Assembly: GCF_056712565.1 (NCBI RefSeq)
Contig: NZ_CM160072.1
Length of the DNA: 64,000 nt
Strand: one strand, 5' to 3'
This document shows, piece by piece, positions 1 through 12,287 of this stretch (position 1 is its first letter; the number at the start of each line of letters is the position of its first letter). Below the pieces are notes generated by a model, which saw nothing but the letters and a program-made list of their open reading frames with translations, was not told the origin of the DNA and made no database searches. The translations under genes and the position numbers were made by a program.

Positions 1-152
1 CAATGGACCTTTATGGTCGCCATATACAAGTAGTGCTGCGTAAAAAAATACGCAATGAGCAGCGATTTGCATCGCTGGACGAACTGAAAGCGCAGATTGC
101 GCGTGATGAATTAACCGCCCGCGAATTTTTTGGGCTAACAAAACCGGCTTAA
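1..152 (+). CDS. ribF: riboflavin kinase / FAD synthetase, 3' end only (partial at window edge)
   Basis: Frame 3 translates to ...MDLYGRHIQVVLRKKIRNEQRFASLDELKAQIARDELTAREFFGLTKPA then TAA at 150-152, matching the RibF C-terminus; lies immediately upstream of ileS as in E. coli. Confidence 0.9.
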   Translation, partial: MDLYGRHIQVVLRKKIRNEQRFASLDELKAQIARDELTAREFFGLTKPA

Positions 153-194
153 GCCTGTTATGTAATCAAACCGAAATACGGAACCGAGAATCTG

Positions 195-3011
195 ATGAGT
201 GACTATAAATCAACCCTGAATTTGCCGGAAACAGGGTTCCCGATGCGTGGCGATCTCGCCAAGCGCGAACCGGGAATGCTGGCGCGTTGGACTGATGATG
301 ATCTGTACGGCATCATTCGTGCAGCTAAAAAAGGCAAAAAAACCTTCATTCTGCATGATGGCCCTCCTTATGCGAATGGCAGTATTCATATTGGTCACTC
401 GGTTAACAAGATTCTGAAAGACATTATCATTAAGTCCAAAGGGCTTTCTGGATATGACTCGCCGTATGTGCCTGGCTGGGACTGTCATGGTCTGCCAATC
501 GAGCTGAAAGTAGAGCAAGAATACGGTAAGCCGGGGGAGAAATTCACCGCCGCTGAGTTCCGCGCCAAGTGCCGCGAATACGCTGCGACCCAGGTTGACG
601 GTCAGCGCAAAGACTTTATCCGTCTGGGCGTGCTGGGCGACTGGTCGCACCCGTACCTGACCATGGACTTCAAAACTGAAGCCAACATCATCCGCGCGCT
701 GGGCAAAATCATCGGCAACGGTCACCTGCACAAAGGCGCGAAGCCGGTGCACTGGTGCGTTGACTGCCGTTCTGCACTGGCAGAAGCGGAAGTTGAGTAT
801 TACGACAAAACTTCTCCGTCCATCGACGTCGCTTTCCTGGCGGTCGATCAGGATGCGCTTAAAACGAAATTTGGCGTAAGCAATGTTAACGGCCCAATTT
901 CGCTGGTTATATGGACCACCACGCCGTGGACGCTGCCTGCTAACCGCGCAATCTCCATTGCACCTGATTTTGATTATGCGCTGGTGCAAATCGACGGTCA
1001 GGCCGTGATCCTCGCGAAAGATCTGGTTGAAAGCGTAATGCAGCGTATCGGCGTTAGCGATTACACCATTCTTGGCACGGTGAAAGGTGCCGAGCTGGAA
1101 CTGTTGCGCTTTACCCATCCGTTTATGGACTTCGATGTTCCGGCAATTCTCGGCGACCACGTTACGCTGGATGCCGGTACCGGTGCCGTTCATACCGCGC
1201 CAGGCCACGGTCCGGACGACTATGTGATCGGTCAAAAATATGGTCTGGAAACCGCTAACCCGGTTGGCCCGGACGGCACTTATCTGCCGGGTACTTACCC
1301 GACTCTGGATGGCGTTAACGTCTTCAAAGCGAACGATATTGTCATTGCGTTGTTGCAGGAAAAAGGCGCACTGTTGCACGTTGAGAAAATGCAACACAGC
1401 TATCCGTGCTGCTGGCGTCATAAAACGCCGATCATCTTCCGCGCGACGCCGCAGTGGTTCGTCAGCATGGATCAGAAAGGTCTGCGTGCGCAGTCACTGA
1501 AAGAGATCAAAGGCGTGCAGTGGATCCCTGACTGGGGCCAGGCGCGTATCGAGTCGATGGTTGCTAACCGTCCTGACTGGTGTATCTCTCGTCAGCGTAC
1601 CTGGGGCGTGCCGATGTCACTGTTCGTGCACAAAGACACAGAAGAACTGCATCCGCGTACTCTCGAACTGATGGAAGAAGTGGCAAAACGCGTTGAAGTT
1701 GACGGCATTCAGGCGTGGTGGGATCTCGATGCGAAAGAGATCCTCGGCGACGAAGCTGACCAGTATGTGAAAGTACCGGATACGCTGGATGTATGGTTTG
1801 ACTCCGGATCTACCCACTCTTCCGTTGTTGATGTGCGTCCGGAATTTGCCGGTCACGCAGCGGACATGTATCTGGAAGGTTCTGACCAACACCGTGGCTG
1901 GTTCATGTCTTCCCTGATGATCTCTACCGCGATGAAGGGCAAAGCGCCATATCGTCAGGTACTGACTCACGGCTTTACCGTGGATGGTCAGGGTCGCAAG
2001 ATGTCTAAATCCATCGGTAACACCGTTTCGCCGCAGGATGTGATGAACAAACTGGGTGCGGATATTCTGCGTCTGTGGGTGGCATCAACCGACTACACTG
2101 GCGAAATGGCCGTTTCTGACGAGATCCTGAAACGTGCTGCCGACAGCTATCGTCGTATCCGTAACACCGCGCGCTTCCTGCTGGCAAACCTGAACGGTTT
2201 TGATCCGGCAAAAGATATGGTGAAACCGGAAGAGATGGTGGTACTGGATCGCTGGGCCGTAGGTTGTGCGAAAGCGGCACAGGAAGACATCCTCAAAGCG
2301 TACGAAGCATACGATTTCCACGAAGTGGTACAGCGTCTGATGCGCTTCTGCTCCGTTGAGATGGGGTCCTTCTACCTCGACATCATCAAAGACCGTCAGT
2401 ATACCGCCAAAGCGGACAGCGTGGCGCGTCGTAGCTGCCAGACTGCGCTGTATCACATCGCAGAAGCGCTGGTTCGCTGGATGGCACCAATCCTCTCCTT
2501 CACCGCTGATGAAGTGTGGGGTTACCTGCCGGGCGAACGTGAAAAATACGTCTTCACCGGCGAGTGGTACGAAGGCCTGTTTGGTCTGGCAGACAGTGAA
2601 GCAATGAACGATGCGTTCTGGGACGAGCTGTTGAAAGTGCGTGGCGAAGTGAACAAAGTCATTGAGCAAGCGCGTGCCGATAAGAAAGTGGGCGGCTCGC
2701 TGGAAGCGGCAGTAACCTTGTATGCAGAACCGGAACTGGCGGCGAAACTGACCGCGCTGGGCGATGAATTACGATTTGTCCTGTTGACCTCCGGCGCTAC
2801 CGTTGCAGACTATAACGACGCACCTGCTGATGCCCAGCAGAGCGAAGTCCTCAAAGGGCTGAAAGTCGCGTTGAGTAAAGCCGAAGGTGAGAAGTGCCCT
2901 CGCTGCTGGCACTACACCCAGGATGTCGGCAAGGTGGCGGAACACGCAGAAATCTGCGGCCGCTGTGTCAGCAACGTCGCCGGTGACGGTGAAAAACGTA
3001 AGTTTGCCTGA
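195..3011 (+). CDS. ileS: isoleucyl-tRNA synthetase
   Basis: 938-aa ORF with class I aaRS HIGH ([11 protein letters not shown]) and KMSKS motifs; length and synteny match IleS. Confidence 0.97.
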
Positions 3012-3505
3012 TGAGTCAATCGATCTGTTCAACAGGGCTACGCTGGCTGTGGCTGGTGGTAGTCGTGCTGATTATCGATCTGGGCAGCAAATACCTGATC
3101 CTCCAGAACTTTGCTCTGGGGGATACGGTCCCGCTGTTCCCGTCGCTTAATCTGCATTATGCGCGTAACTATGGCGCAGCGTTTAGTTTCCTTGCCGATA
3201 GCGGCGGCTGGCAGCGTTGGTTCTTTGCCGGTATTGCGATTGGTATTAGCGTGATCCTGGCAGTGATGATGTATCGCTCGAAGGCCACGCAGAAGCTAAA
3301 CAATATCGCTTACGCGCTGATTATTGGCGGCGCACTGGGCAACCTGTTCGACCGCCTGTGGCACGGCTTCGTTGTCGATATGATCGACTTCTATGTCGGC
3401 GACTGGCACTTCGCCACCTTCAACCTTGCCGATACTGCCATTTGTGTCGGTGCGGCACTGATTGTGCTGGAAGGTTTTTTACCTTCTAAAGCGAAAAAAC
3501 AATAA
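3011..3505 (+). CDS. lspA: lipoprotein signal peptidase II
   Basis: 164-aa polytopic membrane ORF whose start overlaps the ileS stop; conserved ribF-ileS-lspA order. Confidence 0.95.
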
Positions 3506-3511
3506 TAAACC

Positions 3512-3585
3512 CTGCCGGATGCGATGCTGACGCATCTTATCCGGCCTACAGATTGCTGCGAAATCGTAGGCCGCATCCGGCAAAA
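3512..3585. repeat. REP / BIME palindromic unit pair
   Basis: gccggatgcg...cgcatcttatccggcctac and the inverse copy gtaggccgcatccggc, the typical E. coli REP consensus, in the lspA-fkpB spacer. Confidence 0.8.
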
Positions 3586-3612
3586 ATCCTCAAAATATAA
3601 GAGCAAACCTGC

Positions 3613-4062
3613 ATGTCTGAATCTGTACAGAGCAATAGCGCCGTCCTGGTGCACTTCACGCTGAAACTCGATGATGGCACCACCGCTGAGTCTACCCGCA
3701 ACAACGGTAAACCGGCGCTGTTCCGCCTGGGTGATGCTTCTCTTTCTGAAGGGCTGGAGCAACACCTGCTGGGGCTGAAAGTGGGCGATAAAACCACCTT
3801 CTCGCTGGAGCCAGATGCGGCGTTTGGCGTGCCGTCACCGGACCTGATTCAGTACTTCTCCCGCCGTGAATTTATGGATGCAGGCGAGCCAGAAATTGGC
3901 GCAATCATGCTTTTTACCGCAATGGATGGCAGTGAGATGCCTGGCGTGATCCGCGAAATTAACGGCGACTCCATTACCGTTGATTTCAACCATCCGCTGG
4001 CCGGGCAGACCGTTCATTTTGATATTGAAGTGCTGGAAATCGATCCGGCACTGGAGGCGTAA
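3613..4062 (+). CDS. fkpB: FKBP-type peptidyl-prolyl cis-trans isomerase
   Basis: 149-aa ORF; length and position between lspA and ispH match FkpB (SlpA). Confidence 0.93.
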
Positions 4063-4063
4063 C

Positions 4064-5014
4064 ATGCAGATCCTGTTGGCCAACCCGCGTGGTTTTTGTG
4101 CCGGGGTAGACCGCGCTATCAGCATTGTTGAAAACGCGCTGGCCATTTACGGCGCACCGATATATGTCCGTCACGAAGTGGTGCATAACCGCTACGTGGT
4201 CGATAGCCTGCGCGAGCGTGGGGCTATCTTTATTGAGCAGATTAGCGAAGTACCGGACGGCGCGATCCTGATTTTCTCCGCACACGGTGTTTCTCAGGCA
4301 GTACGTAACGAAGCGAAAAGCCGCGATTTGACGGTGTTTGATGCCACCTGTCCGCTGGTGACCAAAGTGCATATGGAAGTCGCCCGCGCCAGCCGTCGTG
4401 GTGAAGAATCTATTCTCATCGGTCACGCCGGGCACCCGGAAGTGGAAGGGACGATGGGCCAGTACAGCAACCCGGAAGGGGGAATGTATCTGGTCGAATC
4501 GCCAGACGATGTGTGGAAACTGACGGTCAAAAACGAAGAGAAGCTCTCCTTTATGACCCAAACCACGCTGTCGGTGGATGACACGTCTGATGTGATCGAC
4601 GCGCTGCGTAAACGCTTCCCGAAAATTGTCGGTCCGCGCAAAGATGACATCTGCTACGCCACGACTAACCGTCAGGAAGCGGTACGCGCCCTGGCAGAGC
4701 AGGCGGAAGTAGTACTGGTGGTTGGTTCGAAAAACTCCTCCAACTCCAACCGTCTGGCGGAACTGGCCCAGCGTATGGGCAAGCGCGCGTTTTTGATTGA
4801 CGATGCGACAGATATCCAGGAAGAGTGGGTGAAAGAGGCGAAATGCGTCGGCGTGACTGCTGGCGCATCAGCTCCGGATATTCTGGTACAGAACGTAGTC
4901 GCACGTTTACAGCAGCTTGGCGGTGGCGAAGCCATTCCGCTGGAAGGTCGTGAAGAAAACATTGTTTTCGAAGTGCCGAAAGAGCTGCGTGTCGATATTC
5001 GTGAAGTCGATTAA
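4064..5014 (+). CDS. ispH: 4-hydroxy-3-methylbut-2-enyl diphosphate reductase
   Basis: 316 aa from the ATG at 4064 ([19 protein letters not shown]...), with the conserved Cys of the 4Fe-4S LytB fold; the longer track ORF from 3980 is an in-frame upstream extension overlapping fkpB. Confidence 0.95.
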   Translation: MQILLANPRGFCAGVDRAISIVENALAIYGAPIYVRHEVVHNRYVVDSLRERGAIFIEQISEVPDGAILIFSAHGVSQAVRNEAKSRDLTVFDATCPLVTKVHMEVARASRRGEESILIGHAGHPEVEGTMGQYSNPEGGMYLVESPDDVWKLTVKNEEKLSFMTQTTLSVDDTSDVIDALRKRFPKIVGPRKDDICYATTNRQEAVRALAEQAEVVLVVGSKNSSNSNRLAELAQRMGKRAFLIDDATDIQEEWVKEAKCVGVTAGASAPDILVQNVVARLQQLGGGEAIPLEGREENIVFEVPKELRVDIREVD

Positions 5015-5037
5015 GTCATTAGCAGCCTAAGTTATGC

Positions 5038-5067
5038 GAAAATGCCGGTCTTGTTACCGGCATTTTT
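5038..5067 (+). terminator. rho-independent terminator after ispH
   Basis: Hairpin aaatgccggtcttgttaccggcatttttt (GC stem followed by a T-run). Confidence 0.7.
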
Positions 5068-5079
5068 TATGGAGAAAAC

Positions 5080-5994
5080 ATGCGTTTACCTATCTTCCTC
5101 GATACAGACCCCGGCATTGACGATGCCGTTGCCATTGCCGCCGCGATTTTTGCCCCCGAACTCGATCTGCAACTGATGACCACTGTCGCGGGTAATGTTT
5201 CGGTAGAGAAAACCACCCGCAACGCCCTGCAACTGCTGCATTTCTGGAATGTGGATATTCCGCTTGCCCAGGGCGCTGCCGTACCACTGGTTCGTGCGCC
5301 GCGCGATGCGGCATCTGTACACGGTGAATCGGGAATGGCTGGCTATGACTTTGTTGAACACAACCGTCAGCCACTGGGTATACCGGCGTTTCTGGCAATT
5401 CGTGATGCCCTGATGCGTGCGCCAGAGCCCGTTACCCTGGTGGCCATCGGCCCGTTAACCAATATTGCGCTGTTACTTTCACAATGCCCGGAATGTAAGC
5501 CGTATATTCGCCGTCTGGTGATCATGGGCGGTTCTGCTGGTCGCGGCAACTGCACACCAAACGCCGAGTTTAATATCGCTGCCGATCCAGAAGCGGCAGC
5601 CTGTGTCTTCCGTAGCGGCATCGAAATCGTCATGTGCGGTCTGGATGTCACCAATCAGGCAATATTAACCCCTGACTATCTCGCTACTTTGCCGGAATTG
5701 AATCGCACCGGAAAAATGCTACACGCCCTGTTTAGCCACTACCGTAGCGGCAGTATGCAAAGTGGACTACGTATGCACGATCTTTGCGCTATCGCCTGGC
5801 TGGTGCGCCCGGAATTGTTCACTCTCAAACCGTGTTTTGTCGCGGTAGAAACTCAGGGTGAATTTACCTCAGGCACGACGGTTGTTGATATCGACGGTTG
5901 CCTGGGCAAACCAGCCAATGTACAGGTGGCGCTGGATCTGGATGTGAAAGGCTTCCAGCAATGGGTGGCTGAGGTGCTGGCCCTGGCGCTCTAA
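5080..5994 (+). CDS. rihC: non-specific ribonucleoside hydrolase
   Basis: 304-aa ORF with the N-terminal DTDPGIDD nucleoside hydrolase signature; synteny. Confidence 0.93.
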   Translation: MRLPIFLDTDPGIDDAVAIAAAIFAPELDLQLMTTVAGNVSVEKTTRNALQLLHFWNVDIPLAQGAAVPLVRAPRDAASVHGESGMAGYDFVEHNRQPLGIPAFLAIRDALMRAPEPVTLVAIGPLTNIALLLSQCPECKPYIRRLVIMGGSAGRGNCTPNAEFNIAADPEAAACVFRSGIEIVMCGLDVTNQAILTPDYLATLPELNRTGKMLHALFSHYRSGSMQSGLRMHDLCAIAWLVRPELFTLKPCFVAVETQGEFTSGTTVVDIDGCLGKPANVQVALDLDVKGFQQWVAEVLALAL

Positions 5995-6016
5995 TAATAA
6001 AACAAGGAAGTGTTCT

Positions 6017-6382
6017 ATGACGTATGGAGAAGCGTATCTGGAAGGGTGGAAAAACATCTTTAATTATGAAGGTGTTTCCAATCGCTTCGAGTTCTGGTCG
6101 TTTATGATTGGTAGTGGCGTTATCTGTCTGCTTCCGCTTTTATGTTGGTGGTTAGCGGTAACAATTAACAATGACTATGGTGTTTTCATTTTTTTTGCGC
6201 TGCCCGCGTCATTTATTTTAACGTTGATTTTTGCCATACCGGCGATAGCGTTAGCCGTCAGAAGGATGCACGATATCGGATATTCAGGGTGGTGGGTTAC
6301 CATTGTCGTGTTGATCCCTGTTACGGGCGTAATTCTGCTTATACTGTGCTGCCTGCCGTCAAAGTCACAAGACCAGGCATAA
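6017..6382 (+). CDS. small inner-membrane protein, DUF805 (YhaH/YhaI-like) family; not present at this locus in K-12 as I recall it
   Basis: 121-aa ORF with RBS aaggaag 6 nt upstream; 3-4 predicted TM helices and the family motif RRMHDIGYSGWW; followed by hairpin atgacgca...tgcgtcat; the rihC-dapB spacer is about 380 bp longer than in K-12. Confidence 0.65.
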   Translation: MTYGEAYLEGWKNIFNYEGVSNRFEFWSFMIGSGVICLLPLLCWWLAVTINNDYGVFIFFALPASFILTLIFAIPAIALAVRRMHDIGYSGWWVTIVVLIPVTGVILLILCCLPSKSQDQA

Positions 6383-6527
6383 TGACAGAGGGTATGACGC
6401 ATCACTTTCTGCGTCATGCCTTTCACTGATATCCCTCCCTGTTTATCATTAATTTCTAATTATCAGCGTTTTTGGCTGGCGGCGTAGCGATGCGCTGGTT
6501 ACTCTGAAAACGGTCTATGCAAATTAA

Positions 6528-7364
<837 letters not shown>

Positions 7365-7769
7365 CCACAAGATATTTATGGTGATGCAAAAACAACACAT
7401 TTAATTCGTTGAATATAAAGGGCTTTAATTTTTGGCCCTTTTATTTTTAGTGTTATGCTTTTAAATCTAATGCAAATGCTGAAAATTACATGTTTTGTAT
7501 TCTGTTTTTGTTGTTTTAATGTAAATTTTGACCATTTGGTCCACTTTTTTCTGCTCATTTTGATTTCATGCAATCTTCTTGCTGCGCAAGCGTTTTCCAG
7601 AACATGTTATATGATCTTTTTGTCGCTTAATGCCTGTAAAACATGCATGAGCCACAAAATAATATAAAAAATCCCGCCATTAAGTTGACTTTTAGCTCCC
7701 ATATCTCCAGAATGCCGCCGTTTGCCAGAAATTCGTCGGTAAGCAGATTTGCATTGATTTACGTCATCA

Positions 7770-7815
7770 TTGTGAATTAATATGCAAATAAAGTGAGTGA
7801 ATATTCTCTGGAGGG
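7770..7815 (+). promoter_or_regulatory. carAB P2 promoter region with tandem ArgR (ARG) boxes
   Basis: gtgaattaatatgcaaata and agtgagtgaatattctct resemble the ARG box consensus TNTGAATWWWWATTCANW, immediately upstream of carA; established carAB arginine control. Confidence 0.6.
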
Positions 7816-7819
7816 TGTT

Positions 7820-8968
7820 TTGATTAAGTCAGCGCTATTGGTTCTGGAAGACGGAACCCAGTTTCACGGTCGGGCCATAGGGGCAACAGGTTCGGCGGTT
7901 GGGGAAGTCGTTTTCAATACTTCAATGACCGGTTATCAAGAAATCCTCACTGATCCTTCCTATTCTCGTCAAATCGTTACTCTTACTTATCCCCATATTG
8001 GCAATGTCGGCACTAATGACGCCGATGAAGAATCTTCTCAGGTTCATGCCCAAGGTCTGGTGATTCGCGACCTGCCGCTGATTGCCAGCAACTTCCGTAA
8101 TACCGAAGACCTCTCTTCTTACCTGAAGCGCCATAACATCGTGGCGATTGCCGATATCGATACCCGTAAGCTGACGCGTTTACTGCGTGAGAAAGGTGCT
8201 CAGAATGGCTGCATTATCGCAGGCGATAACCCGGATGCGGCGCTGGCATTAGAAAAAGCCCGCGCGTTCCCAGGTCTGAACGGCATGGATCTGGCAAAAG
8301 AAGTAACCACCGCAGAACCCTATAGCTGGACACAAGGGAGCTGGACACTGACCGGCGGCCTGCCAGAAGCGAAAAAAGAAGACGAGCTGCCGTACCACGT
8401 CGTGGCCTACGATTTCGGTGCCAAGCGCAACATCCTGCGTATGCTGGTGGATAGAGGCTGTCGCCTGACCATCGTTCCGGCGCAAACTTCTGCGGAAGAT
8501 GTGCTGAAAATGAATCCGGACGGCATCTTCCTCTCCAACGGTCCTGGCGACCCGGCCCCGTGCGATTACGCCATTACCGCTATCCAGAAATTCCTCGAAA
8601 CTGATATTCCGGTATTCGGCATCTGCCTCGGTCATCAGCTGCTGGCGCTGGCGAGCGGTGCGAAGACTGTCAAAATGAAATTTGGTCACCACGGCGGCAA
8701 CCATCCGGTTAAAGATGTTGAGAAAAATGTGGTGATGATCACCGCCCAGAACCACGGTTTTGCGGTGGATGAAGCAACATTACCTGCAAACCTGCGTGTC
8801 ACACATAAATCCCTGTTCGACGGTACGTTACAGGGCATTCATCGTACCGATAAACCGGCGTTCAGCTTCCAGGGACACCCGGAAGCCAGCCCTGGTCCAC
8901 ACGACGCCGCGCCGTTGTTTGACCACTTTATCGCGTTAATTGAGCAGTACCGTAAAACCGCTAAGTAA
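7820..8968 (+). CDS. carA: carbamoyl-phosphate synthase small (glutaminase) subunit
   Basis: 382 aa counted from the in-frame TTG at 7820 (carA is known to use a UUG start; protein begins [21 protein letters not shown]); the track ORF from ATG 7793 adds 9 codons. Catalytic Cys in GICLGHQ present. Confidence 0.93.
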   Translation: MIKSALLVLEDGTQFHGRAIGATGSAVGEVVFNTSMTGYQEILTDPSYSRQIVTLTYPHIGNVGTNDADEESSQVHAQGLVIRDLPLIASNFRNTEDLSSYLKRHNIVAIADIDTRKLTRLLREKGAQNGCIIAGDNPDAALALEKARAFPGLNGMDLAKEVTTAEPYSWTQGSWTLTGGLPEAKKEDELPYHVVAYDFGAKRNILRMLVDRGCRLTIVPAQTSAEDVLKMNPDGIFLSNGPGDPAPCDYAITAIQKFLETDIPVFGICLGHQLLALASGAKTVKMKFGHHGGNHPVKDVEKNVVMITAQNHGFAVDEATLPANLRVTHKSLFDGTLQGIHRTDKPAFSFQGHPEASPGPHDAAPLFDHFIALIEQYRKTAK

Positions 8969-8985
8969 TCAGGAGTAAAAGAGCC

Positions 8986-11900
8986 ATGCCAAAACGTACA
9001 GATATAAAAAGTATCCTGATTCTGGGTGCGGGCCCGATTGTTATCGGTCAGGCGTGTGAGTTTGACTACTCTGGCGCGCAAGCGTGTAAAGCCCTGCGTG
9101 AAGAGGGTTACCGCGTCATTCTCGTGAACTCCAACCCGGCGACTATCATGACCGACCCGGAAATGGCTGATGCAACCTACATCGAGCCGATTCACTGGGA
9201 AGTGGTACGCAAGATTATTGAAAAAGAGCGCCCGGACGCGGTGCTGCCAACCATGGGGGGGCAGACGGCGCTGAACTGTGCGCTGGAGCTTGAGCGTCAG
9301 GGCGTGCTGGAAGAGTTCGGCGTCACCATGATTGGTGCCACTGCCGATGCGATTGATAAAGCCGAAGACCGCCGCCGTTTCGACGTAGCGATGAAGAAAA
9401 TCGGTCTGGAAACTGCGCGTTCCGGTATCGCTCATTCAATGGAAGAAGCGCTGGCGGTTGCCGCTGAAGTTGGCTTCCCGTGCATTATTCGCCCATCCTT
9501 TACCATGGGCGGTAGCGGTGGCGGTATCGCTTATAACCGTGAAGAATTTGAAGAAATTTGCGCCCGCGGTCTGGATCTTTCTCCGACTAAAGAGCTGCTG
9601 ATTGATGAGTCGCTGATCGGCTGGAAAGAGTACGAGATGGAAGTGGTGCGTGATAAAAACGACAACTGCATCATCGTCTGCTCTATCGAAAACTTTGATG
9701 CGATGGGCATCCACACCGGTGACTCCATCACTGTCGCGCCAGCCCAAACGCTGACCGATAAAGAATATCAAATCATGCGTAACGCCTCGATGGCGGTACT
9801 GCGTGAAATCGGCGTTGAAACCGGTGGTTCCAACGTCCAGTTTGCGGTGAACCCGAAAAACGGTCGCCTGATTGTTATCGAAATGAACCCACGCGTGTCT
9901 CGCTCCTCTGCGCTGGCGTCGAAAGCCACTGGTTTCCCGATTGCCAAAGTGGCGGCGAAACTGGCGGTGGGTTACACCCTCGACGAGCTGATGAACGACA
10001 TCACCGGTGGGCGTACTCCGGCCTCCTTCGAGCCGTCCATCGACTATGTGGTTACTAAAATTCCTCGCTTCAACTTCGAGAAATTCGCCGGTGCTAACGA
10101 CCGTCTGACCACTCAGATGAAATCGGTTGGCGAAGTGATGGCGATTGGTCGCACGCAGCAGGAATCCCTACAAAAAGCGCTGCGCGGCCTGGAAGTGGGC
10201 GCAACTGGCTTCGATCCGAAAGTGAGTCTCGACGACCCGGAAGCGCTGACTAAAATCCGCCGCGAACTGAAAGATGCTGGCGCAGAGCGTATCTGGTATA
10301 TCGCTGATGCCTTCCGCGCGGGCCTGTCTGTAGACGGTGTATTTAATTTGACCAACATTGACCGCTGGTTCCTGGTACAGATTGAAGAGCTGGTGCGTCT
10401 GGAAGAGAAAGTCGCAGAAGTGGGCATCACTGGCCTGCACGCTGAATTCCTGCGCCAGCTGAAACGCAAAGGCTTTGCCGATGCGCGTCTGGCAAAACTC
10501 GCGGGCGTGCGTGAAGCAGAAATCCGCAAGCTGCGCGACCAGTATGACCTGCACCCGGTTTACAAGCGCGTGGATACTTGTGCGGCAGAGTTCGCCACCG
10601 ACACCGCTTACATGTACTCCACTTATGAAGAAGAGTGCGAAGCGAATCCGTCCACCGATCGTGAAAAAATCATGGTGCTCGGCGGCGGCCCGAACCGTAT
10701 CGGTCAGGGTATCGAATTCGACTACTGCTGTGTACACGCCTCGCTGGCGCTGCGCGAAGACGGTTATGAAACCATTATGGTTAACTGTAACCCGGAAACC
10801 GTCTCCACCGACTACGACACCTCTGACCGTCTCTACTTCGAGCCGGTAACTCTGGAAGACGTGCTGGAAATTGTGCGTATTGAGAAGCCGAAAGGCGTTA
10901 TCGTCCAGTACGGCGGTCAGACCCCGCTGAAACTGGCGCGCGCGCTGGAAGCTGCTGGCGTACCGGTTATCGGTACCAGCCCGGATGCCATCGACCGTGC
11001 GGAAGACCGTGAACGCTTCCAGCATGCGGTTGAGCGTCTGAAACTGAAACAACCGGCGAACGCCACCGTTACCACCATCGAAATGGCGGTTGAGAAAGCG
11101 AAAGAGATTGGCTACCCGCTGGTGGTGCGTCCGTCTTACGTTCTCGGCGGTCGGGCGATGGAAATCGTCTATGACGAAGCTGACCTGCGTCGCTACTTCC
11201 AGACAGCGGTCAGCGTATCTAACGATGCGCCAGTGTTGCTGGACCACTTCCTTGATGACGCAGTAGAAGTTGACGTGGATGCCATCTGCGACGGCGAAAT
11301 GGTGCTGATTGGCGGCATCATGGAGCATATTGAGCAGGCGGGTGTGCACTCCGGTGACTCCGCATGTTCACTGCCAGCTTACACCTTAAGTCAGGAAATT
11401 CAGGATGTGATGCGCCAGCAGGTGCAGAAACTGGCCTTCGAACTGCAGGTGCGCGGCCTGATGAACGTGCAGTTTGCGGTGAAAAACAACGAAGTCTACC
11501 TGATTGAAGTTAACCCGCGTGCGGCGCGTACCGTTCCGTTCGTCTCCAAAGCCACCGGCGTACCGCTGGCAAAAGTGGCGGCGCGTGTGATGGCTGGCAA
11601 ATCGCTGGCTGAGCAGGGCGTAACCAAAGAAGTTATCCCGCCGTACTACTCGGTGAAAGAAGTGGTGCTGCCGTTCAATAAATTCCCGGGCGTTGACCCG
11701 CTGTTAGGGCCAGAAATGCGCTCTACCGGGGAAGTAATGGGCGTGGGCCGCACCTTCGCTGAAGCGTTTGCCAAAGCGCAGCTGGGCAGCAACTCCACCA
11801 TGAAGAAACACGGTCGTGCGCTGCTTTCCGTGCGCGAAGGCGATAAAGAACGCGTGGTGGACCTGGCGGCAAAACTGCTGAAACAGGGCTTCGAGCTGGA

Positions 11901-12207
11901 TGCGACTCACGGCACGGCGATTGTGCTGGGCGAAGCGGGTATCAATCCGCGTCTGGTGAACAAGGTGCATGAAGGCCGTCCGCACATTCAGGACCGTATT
12001 AAGAATGGCGAATATACCTACATCATCAACACCACCTCAGGTCGTCGTGCGATTGAAGACTCCCGCGTGATCCGTCGCAGTGCGCTGCAATATAAAGTGC
12101 ATTACGACACCACCCTGAACGGCGGCTTTGCCACCGCGATGGCGCTGAATGCCGATGCGACCGAAAAAGTAATTTCGGTGCAGGAAATGCACGCGCAGAT
12201 CAAATAA
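8986..12207 (+). CDS. carB: carbamoyl-phosphate synthase large subunit
   Basis: 1073-aa ORF with duplicated ATP-grasp halves; synteny. Confidence 0.97.
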   Translation: MPKRTDIKSILILGAGPIVIGQACEFDYSGAQACKALREEGYRVILVNSNPATIMTDPEMADATYIEPIHWEVVRKIIEKERPDAVLPTMGGQTALNCALELERQGVLEEFGVTMIGATADAIDKAEDRRRFDVAMKKIGLETARSGIAHSMEEALAVAAEVGFPCIIRPSFTMGGSGGGIAYNREEFEEICARGLDLSPTKELLIDESLIGWKEYEMEVVRDKNDNCIIVCSIENFDAMGIHTGDSITVAPAQTLTDKEYQIMRNASMAVLREIGVETGGSNVQFAVNPKNGRLIVIEMNPRVSRSSALASKATGFPIAKVAAKLAVGYTLDELMNDITGGRTPASFEPSIDYVVTKIPRFNFEKFAGANDRLTTQMKSVGEVMAIGRTQQESLQKALRGLEVGATGFDPKVSLDDPEALTKIRRELKDAGAERIWYIADAFRAGLSVDGVFNLTNIDRWFLVQIEELVRLEEKVAEVGITGLHAEFLRQLKRKGFADARLAKLAGVREAEIRKLRDQYDLHPVYKRVDTCAAEFATDTAYMYSTYEEECEANPSTDREKIMVLGGGPNRIGQGIEFDYCCVHASLALREDGYETIMVNCNPETVSTDYDTSDRLYFEPVTLEDVLEIVRIEKPKGVIVQYGGQTPLKLARALEAAGVPVIGTSPDAIDRAEDRERFQHAVERLKLKQPANATVTTIEMAVEKAKEIGYPLVVRPSYVLGGRAMEIVYDEADLRRYFQTAVSVSNDAPVLLDHFLDDAVEVDVDAICDGEMVLIGGIMEHIEQAGVHSGDSACSLPAYTLSQEIQDVMRQQVQKLAFELQVRGLMNVQFAVKNNEVYLIEVNPRAARTVPFVSKATGVPLAKVAARVMAGKSLAEQGVTKEVIPPYYSVKEVVLPFNKFPGVDPLLGPEMRSTGEVMGVGRTFAEAFAKAQLGSNSTMKKHGRALLSVREGDKERVVDLAAKLLKQGFELDATHGTAIVLGEAGINPRLVNKVHEGRPHIQDRIKNGEYTYIINTTSGRRAIEDSRVIRRSALQYKVHYDTTLNGGFATAMALNADATEKVISVQEMHAQIK

Positions 12208-12261
12208 TAGCGTGTCATGGCGGATATTTTTCATCCGCTAATTTGATCGAATAACTAATAC

Positions 12262-12287
12262 GGTTCTCTGATGAGGACCGTTTTTTT
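12262..12287 (+). terminator. carB rho-independent terminator
   Basis: cggttctctgatgaggaccg stem followed by ttttttt; the IS200-like insertion begins immediately after the T-run. Confidence 0.6.

Noticed and set aside
210-1421. 403-aa ORF on the minus strand inside ileS
   Set aside because: Entirely antisense to a well-supported, conserved 938-aa gene; no RBS or independent signal; a typical shadow ORF in GC-rich coding DNA.
3980-4063. Upstream extension of ispH overlapping fkpB
   Set aside because: The ispH start is ATG 4064 ([10 protein letters not shown]...), directly after the fkpB stop; the extension is an in-frame read-through of fkpB 3' sequence.
7455-7667. 70-aa ORF in the A+T-rich dapB-carA spacer
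   Set aside because: Lies in the known carAB promoter region; low-complexity F/L/C-rich product; no RBS; the spacer length equals K-12 (about 455 bp), so nothing extra is inserted here.
10168-11349. 393-aa minus-strand ORF inside carB
   Set aside because: Antisense shadow ORF within carB; carB is full length and conserved.
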